DNA from: an archaeon
GTDB taxonomy: Archaea > AGJL01 > Methanococci > Methanococcales > Methanocaldococcaceae
Reading direction: 5' to 3'
Length of the DNA stretch: 15,740 nucleotides
NCBI GenBank assembly: GCA_024278985.1
Contig: JAJRSC010000002.1
Coordinates: 1-15,740 of the forward strand
The notes below the pieces were generated by a model. The model was given only the letters and a program-made list of their open reading frames with translations, was not told the DNA's origin and did not search any database. This document shows positions 10,778 through 15,740 of the stretch, piece by piece. A program made the translations under genes and the position numbers. How positions within the stretch are numbered: position 1 is the first letter of the stretch; each line of letters begins with the position of its first letter.

Positions 10778-11551
10778 ATGATTTTTATTTTTGTTATATT
10801 ATTATTTATTGGATTTATAACAGGTTTATTATGTAGTTTATTAGGTGTTGGTGGAGGATTTTTAATTTCTCTAATATTGTTAATATACTTTTCTTCTTTA
10901 AATATTGAAAATGCTATAAAATTTGCAGTTGGGACCTCTTTGTTGGTTGTATTTTTAAATTATCTATATTCCTTTTATTTATATAGAAATGAGATTAACT
11001 TAGATATTATAAAAAAATCTTTATTCTTAGGATTTATATCAGCATTATCTTCATATATTTTTGGTTATATAGCTATTTATTATATTTCCTCAAATTCTTT
11101 AGTTCTTTTATTTGGAATATTGTTAATTATATTATCCATAAACATCCTTAGACCTATTGAGCTAAATATAAATACTAATTTATTGGGGGTTATATGTGGA
11201 TTCTTTTCTGGATTTTTTGGAATAGGTGGAGGGATAATATTAACTCCTCTCCTATCATTAAAGTATAATATTAAGATTGCTGTAAGATATTCACATATTG
11301 CTTTAACATTATCCTCTCTTGGTGGAGTTGTTAGTTACTTAACTGCAAATGTTGGAAATACTTTTTATAATATTGGCTATGTCTCCATCCCTGTTGCAAT
11401 ATTAATTTTTATACCTTCCTTAATATCTTCTAAGATAGGAAAAAGAATATATCTAAAATGCAATGAAAAAGATTTAAGAATCATACTATCATCAATATTA
11501 TTTTTAGTAGGGATGTATATTTTAATAAGAAGGTGGTTAAATGGTTTTTAA
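10778..11551 (+). CDS. Sulfite exporter TauE/SafE (DUF81) family membrane protein
   Basis: Very hydrophobic. Internally repeated GLLCSLLGVGGG / GFFSGFFGIGGG motifs and AVGTSL. Confidence 0.85.
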   Translation: MIFIFVILLFIGFITGLLCSLLGVGGGFLISLILLIYFSSLNIENAIKFAVGTSLLVVFLNYLYSFYLYRNEINLDIIKKSLFLGFISALSSYIFGYIAIYYISSNSLVLLFGILLIILSINILRPIELNINTNLLGVICGFFSGFFGIGGGIILTPLLSLKYNIKIAVRYSHIALTLSSLGGVVSYLTANVGNTFYNIGYVSIPVAILIFIPSLISSKIGKRIYLKCNEKDLRIILSSILFLVGMYILIRRWLNGF

Positions 11552-12824
11552 GGCCTATGATATTAGAGGAATTTATGGAAAAGAATTAAATGAAGATTTT
11601 GCCTATTCATTAGGAAAAATATTAGGAGAAAAATATAAAGATAAAAAAATTTTGGTTGGAAGAGATGTAAGATTTGGCTCAGAAAAGTTATTACCTTACT
11701 TTATAACTGGATTAATGGAAAATGCAGATGTATATTATGCTGGAATTATTTCAACTCCTCTTCTATACTTTGGAACTAAGGATAAATATGATTTAGGAGT
11801 TTCATTAACTGCTTCACATAATCCAAAAGAATACACAGGCTTTAAGATGTGTGATAAAAAAGCTATTCCAATATCTCCAAAAGAGGAAATAAAGCCAATA
11901 TTTAAAATGTTTAAGTCAAAAGAGATAGATGTTAATTTAGATGATATTAAAGTAGATATAAAAAAGGAATATAAAAATTTCTTTATTAAAAAAATTAAAA
12001 AAATTGAGGGGAAAGTAGCAGTAGATTTTGCAAATGGAGCAACTACTTATGCAGAAAGGGAAATATTGGAGGAAATTATTGAAGAGCCTATATTTGTTAA
12101 TGATTTTCCAGATGGAAATTTTCCAGCTCATGAACCAGACACTTTAAAGGAAGAATGTTTAAAGGATATAATAAAACTCTCTAAAGAAAATAACTGTATT
12201 GGTTTAATATTTGATGGTGATGGGGATAGGTTAGGAATGATAACAGAAAGAGGAGAAAATGTTAGAGGAGATATATTAACAGCAATAATTTCAAAAGAAA
12301 TTTTAAAAGATTATCCAAACTCTAAAATAATATATGATTTGAGATGTTCTAAAATTGTTGAAGAGATCATAAAAGGATATGGTGGAACTCCTATAAAGTG
12401 TAGAGTAGGTCACTACTTTATCAAAAAGTTAATGCATGAAATAGATGCCACATTTGCAGGAGAGTTAAGTAATCATTTTTATTTTAAAGAAGTTGGATAC
12501 TTTGAGAGTCCATTGTTGGCTTTATACTACATAGTTAAACAAGAGAAACCACTTTATGAATTAATGGAAGAATGTAATAAATACTACCATAGTGGAGAAA
12601 TTAACTTTAAAGTAGATAATCAAAAAGAAGTATTAAAAAAGATTAAAGAATACTTTAAAGAGTATGAAATAGAAGAAATTGATGGAGTTTCAATATATGG
12701 AGATGAATTTTGGTTTAATATTAGACCATCAAATACAGAGCCATTATTAAGATTAAACTTAGAGGCAAATAATGAAGAAACATTAAAAAATATATTGGAA
12801 GAGCTTAAAAAGCTCATTTCTTAA
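11541..12824 (+). CDS. Phosphomannomutase/phosphoglucomutase (alpha-D-phosphohexomutase)
   Basis: FKAYDIRG, TASHNP (catalytic Ser), DGDGDR (metal loop), GELSNH (sugar loop) and RPSNTEPLLRLNLE. Confidence 0.93.
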   Translation: MVFKAYDIRGIYGKELNEDFAYSLGKILGEKYKDKKILVGRDVRFGSEKLLPYFITGLMENADVYYAGIISTPLLYFGTKDKYDLGVSLTASHNPKEYTGFKMCDKKAIPISPKEEIKPIFKMFKSKEIDVNLDDIKVDIKKEYKNFFIKKIKKIEGKVAVDFANGATTYAEREILEEIIEEPIFVNDFPDGNFPAHEPDTLKEECLKDIIKLSKENNCIGLIFDGDGDRLGMITERGENVRGDILTAIISKEILKDYPNSKIIYDLRCSKIVEEIIKGYGGTPIKCRVGHYFIKKLMHEIDATFAGELSNHFYFKEVGYFESPLLALYYIVKQEKPLYELMEECNKYYHSGEINFKVDNQKEVLKKIKEYFKEYEIEEIDGVSIYGDEFWFNIRPSNTEPLLRLNLEANNEETLKNILEELKKLIS

Positions 12825-13362
12825 TATGTTTTCTTATTACCTTTTCTATATCTTCTACAGTATCTAAAACTTCAATGCCCTCCATCTTTCTAAGTTTATT
12901 AACATTTTCTACATCAACATCTCTAATATATAATGTTAGAGTTTTCCCATTTGGTAGAAGTGTAGTTAATTCACCTGGTTTATTGTCTGGGGGGAATATA
13001 TATACAGGCATTCTAACCTTCATTGCTTGAGCTACAGCATTAGTTATTAATGTGTCTGCAATGCCATGGGCTATTTTTGCAGTTGTATTAGCAGTAGCAG
13101 GAGCTACTAAAAAGATATCATATTTTCCTGTTTGTAATTTCCCAGCTAAGAATGGAGCATTAGCATTAACTTCTTCCCTTAAATCATAAAATTCATCTTC
13201 TAACTTGTTCCATAATTTATACCATTTTAAAACCATCTTTGCATTTTTTGATAAATAAACATCAATATCTAAATTTAACTCTCTTTTTAGTTTTATCATT
13301 AAATTAACTACATCAACAATTTTATCTCCACATCCAGTTATTCCCCAGGCAATTTTTAACAT
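12814..13362 (-). CDS. afpA: Archaeoflavoprotein AfpA (FMN-binding, flavoprotein/HFCD-like fold)
   Basis: IAWGITGCG, ANAPFLAGKLQTGKYD and APATANTTAKIAHGIADTLITNAVAQAMK motifs. It has no ferredoxin Cys motifs, so it is not the Fe-S-containing DmrX type. Confidence 0.85.
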   Translation of the reverse strand: MLKIAWGITGCGDKIVDVVNLMIKLKRELNLDIDVYLSKNAKMVLKWYKLWNKLEDEFYDLREEVNANAPFLAGKLQTGKYDIFLVAPATANTTAKIAHGIADTLITNAVAQAMKVRMPVYIFPPDNKPGELTTLLPNGKTLTLYIRDVDVENVNKLRKMEGIEVLDTVEDIEKVIRKHIKK

Positions 13363-14279
13363 TACCCTACCCCCAATATTCTAATTTTAGCACTTCCATC
13401 AATTAAACATATATTTTCATTATCATAAGCTATAGGTTTATTTAGAGATAGTCTTACCTTATTTCCATCTGCTTCCAAAACTTTACATGCAACATTTTGC
13501 AAACCAGAAATAATATTATAAGTTTCATTTTCTTTAATTTGCTTATTTATAAAAGGATTTAAATTAAATTCTACTTCCAACTCATTATATACTTTAAGTT
13601 CTTTATCAGATATTATATAACCCCTATCCAACTCATCAGTTTTTACTCCTTTTATAGCCAATCCTACCCTATCCCCTGCTTTTGCCTCTTTATAATCAAC
13701 ATCATTTATTTGTATGCTCTTTATTAATATTTCTTTATTTATTAGAAATACTTTTAGGTTGTCATAAACATTTATAATTCCTTTTTCAACCTTACCTAAA
13801 ATAACAGTTCCAACACTCTTAACTGTAAAATAATGGTCAATAACAACCTTTTTATAACTTAAATCCCTTTCAATGCTTAGGTTGTTGTTTATATATTCTC
13901 TAATTTTGATAAAATCTTTTTCAAGAATATCAAAGTTTTTCATTGATGTATTTTTAATTATTTCCTTTAAATAATCAACATCTACATACTCATGGACTAT
14001 AAAAGCCCCTTTTTCTATTTTAAACATATCTAAAGCTAAAAGTGTCTCTCCAATATCTTTATTTATTTCATTAATAAACACTAATGGATAATCCATCATA
14101 TTTATAGTATATATTAAAGGAGCAATCTTATCCGGGTATCTTTTTGGCTCAACAAAACTAACAAATTTATCCCCAATTTTATAGTGGTATATTGTAATAT
14201 CTGATTCAGTTCCTTTTTTACCTAATTCTCTACCAACTCCATCTAAATGTCCAAAAATACCTATAGTTATACCTTCCAC
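13362..14279 (-). CDS. Archaeal SelB-like (aSelBL) / EF-Tu domain II-III protein with degenerate G domain
   Basis: LGKKGTESDIT N-terminal signature, VVIDHYFTVKSVGTVILGKV, IKSIQIND..AKAGDRVGLAIKG..LDRG and terminal RILGVG. No intact GxxxxGK[ST], DxxG or NKxD motif. GTG start with AGGTGA RBS. TAATG overlap with afpA. Confidence 0.8.
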   Translation of the reverse strand: MEGITIGIFGHLDGVGRELGKKGTESDITIYHYKIGDKFVSFVEPKRYPDKIAPLIYTINMMDYPLVFINEINKDIGETLLALDMFKIEKGAFIVHEYVDVDYLKEIIKNTSMKNFDILEKDFIKIREYINNNLSIERDLSYKKVVIDHYFTVKSVGTVILGKVEKGIINVYDNLKVFLINKEILIKSIQINDVDYKEAKAGDRVGLAIKGVKTDELDRGYIISDKELKVYNELEVEFNLNPFINKQIKENETYNIISGLQNVACKVLEADGNKVRLSLNKPIAYDNENICLIDGSAKIRILGVG

Positions 14280-14355
14280 TTAATCACCTGATATTTTTTA
14301 ATAAAAATTACACTTCTCTCCTTTAAAATATAATCCCTAATTAATTTAAATTCAT

Positions 14356-14369
14356 AAATAAAAAAAATC
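14356..14369 (-). terminator. Candidate oligo-T terminator for the pre-crRNA
   Basis: A8 run at 14360-14367 on plus (T8 on minus), about 80 bp downstream of the trailer repeat and upstream of the SelB-like gene promoter region. Confidence 0.4.
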
Positions 14370-14444
14370 ATTTCCAAACTCAAAATATTAAACTCTCCTA
14401 AAAAATTAGTCTATTTGTTGTTTATAATATTATACAATAAAATA

Positions 14445-15631
14445 GTTTCCATACCGCAACGGTCTGATTTTAACAAACAGTAGTATAAAACATTATGAAA
14501 GATCTAATTTGTTTCCATACCGCAACGGTCTGATTTTAACAAATCCTCAAAATCCCAAAATCATCTGTTTATGCCTAGTTTCCATACCGCAACGGTCTGA
14601 TTTTAACGTATGGAGATACAAAATTAGTTTATAAAGTAAATATGTTTCCATACCGCAACGGTCTGATTTTAACTTTATAATCTTTGTATTATTCATATAT
14701 AAATCTTTGTTTCCATACCGCAACGGTCTGATTTTAACAAACTTGTTAAAAAAATTATAAAAGGAGGTGATAATAGTTTCCATACCGCAACGGTCTGATT
14801 TTAACTGAAAACTATTCTCAAGGTGAAGTGAAAATTTTCAAGAGTTTCCATACCGCAACGGTCTGATTTTAACTATAGCCAACATGTTTTTTATATCATC
14901 CATTGTAAGATTTCCATACCGCAACGGTCTGATTTTAACTCAAATTAAAAAAGAATAAAAAAATAGATGATAAAGATCATTTCCATACCGCAACGGTCTG
15001 ATTTTAACTGGTGATATTAATGATAACAGCAAGATTACCTGATATAAAATTAGGTTTCCATACCGCAACGGTCTGATTTTAACCAATGGATGAAAGAAGG
15101 GCTATAGATTTAGAAACAATGTTTCCATACCGCAACGGTCTGATTTTAACTTGATTTATTATCTTTTTTTTTATCATTCTGTATTTGGTTTCCATACCGC
15201 AACGGTCTGATTTTAACCATATATAATTTAGAGGTGTTGAGATTTAGTAATTCAGTTTCCATACCGCAACGGTCTGATTTTAACTCAAGTTTAAGTGAGT
15301 TTATAGTTTCATATGAGGTAAGGTTTCCATACCGCAACGGTCTGATTTTAACGGAACTTTTTGAACTATACATTTGTGATTTGTTCAAATCTCGCGTTTC
15401 CATACCGCAACGGTCTGATTTTAACTATTCTGGTTATGAAATTCATACAAATCTTGATGATGTTTCCATACCGCAACGGTCTGATTTTAACGGTTTGCAA
15501 AAAATTTTCTCAGCTGACACAAAAATGGTTTCCATACCGCAACGGTCTGATTTTAACTATATGCAGTTAATGGAAAATTTGATTCTTTTTTAAAGGCAAA
15601 TGTTTCCATACCGCAACGGTCTGATTTTAAC
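14445..15631 (-). CRISPR. CRISPR array, 18 repeats of 30 bp (GTTAAAATCAGACCGTTGCGGTATGGAAAC in transcribed sense) and 17 unique spacers
   Basis: Repeat starts on plus: 14445, 14511, 14578, 14644, 14709, 14776, 14844, 14910, 14979, 15054, 15121, 15188, 15255, 15323, 15396, 15462, 15528, 15602. Spacer lengths: 36,37,36,35,37,38,36,39,45,37,37,37,38,43,36,36,44. Orientation comes from the ATGGAAAC 3' handle and the leader on the right. Small ACCG-TTG-CGGT hairpin in the repeat. Confidence 0.99.
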
Positions 15632-15740
15632 AAGAGGCAATTTTACGTATTTAGTATAATATCTCTTCTAATATATAACTTTTTCTATTATGTAATTTGT
15701 CAGGGGGTAGGTAATAGCTTTTATTTATAAACCTTTGAAG
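15632..15740 (-). promoter_or_regulatory. CRISPR leader (truncated by window end) with BRE/TATA elements; direct repeat copy B
   Basis: Abuts the last repeat. The minus strand reads GAAAAAGTTATATATTA at about 15669-15685 and CAAAGGTTTATAAAT at 15723-15737. Near-identical to 1-108. Confidence 0.92.

Noticed and set aside
2134-12817. Antisense ORFs 2134-2469, 5707-6033, 6047-6235, 8900-9271, 9434-9622, 10410-10607, 11937-12131 and 12620-12817
   Set aside because: They are shadows of well-supported genes on the opposite strand, rich in F/L/S/I, with no motifs or RBS.
12814-12824. 11 bp convergent overlap of PMM/PGM and afpA
   Set aside because: Ordinary genome compaction, the same as at the beta-CASP/hisS junction.
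14370-14393. Possible degenerate 19th repeat ATTTCCAAACTCAAAATATTAAAC
   Set aside because: Only the first 10 bases resemble the repeat, the GC core is missing, and the alignment needs a multi-base deletion. Compatible with chance in AT-rich DNA.
14940-15187. Similarity between spacer 14940-14978 and the reverse complement of spacer 15151-15187
   Set aside because: The match is driven by poly-A low complexity and needs a gap and several mismatches.
14806-15254. SD-like GGTGA/GAGGTG in spacers 14806-14843 and 15218-15254
   Set aside because: Both fall inside uninterrupted reading frames (QGEVK, LEVLR) and are better explained as codons.
14547-15593. ORFs 14547-14783, 15146-15403, 15234-15593 and 15361-15570
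   Set aside because: These are translations of CRISPR repeats and spacers, with periodic peptides such as VSIPQRSDFN and KIRPLRYGN.
14475-15601. Self-targeting of genes in this window by spacers
   Set aside because: I saw no convincing match by eye. An exhaustive alignment was not possible without tools.
1-15740. Window as a circular plasmid, virus or LTR-like element because of terminal direct repeats
   Set aside because: Content is core chromosomal (hisS, aroE, pyrC, hacA) with no integrase, transposase, Rep or capsid gene. The repeat is explained as a CRISPR leader, and the two copies differ at two bases.

Overview
Very AT-rich archaeal chromosomal DNA from a Methanococcales methanogen, most likely Methanocaldococcus. 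This call rests on the methanogen homoaconitase, methanogenesis marker 11, GGTGA ribosome-binding sites and the GTTAAAATCAGACC..GGAAAC CRISPR repeat. The window holds 15 tightly packed, mostly housekeeping genes: hacA, dacZ, a RecJ/GAN-type DHH nuclease, DUF2122 SPOUT-like, a beta-CASP ribonuclease, hisS, mmp11, DUF2118, DUF749, aroE, pyrC, TauE/SafE, PMM/PGM, afpA and a SelB-like protein. They are followed by a cas-less CRISPR array at 14445-15631 (18 repeats, 17 spacers, transcribed on the minus strand). The first 108 bp of the window are a 106/108 identical direct copy of the last 108 bp, which is the array leader. A second array therefore probably lies just left of the window, and the gene block is bracketed by leader copies. 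I cannot demonstrate a new biological system from the sequence alone. The best leads are the duplicated leader, an apparent antisense strand bias of the spacers (two cover ribosome-binding sites), coupling of the c-di-AMP cyclase to a DHH/DHHA1 phosphoesterase, and two coupled pairs of unknown function (mmp11-DUF2118, SelB-like-afpA). Family names and M. jannaschii locus tags are recalled from memory, not from database searches.
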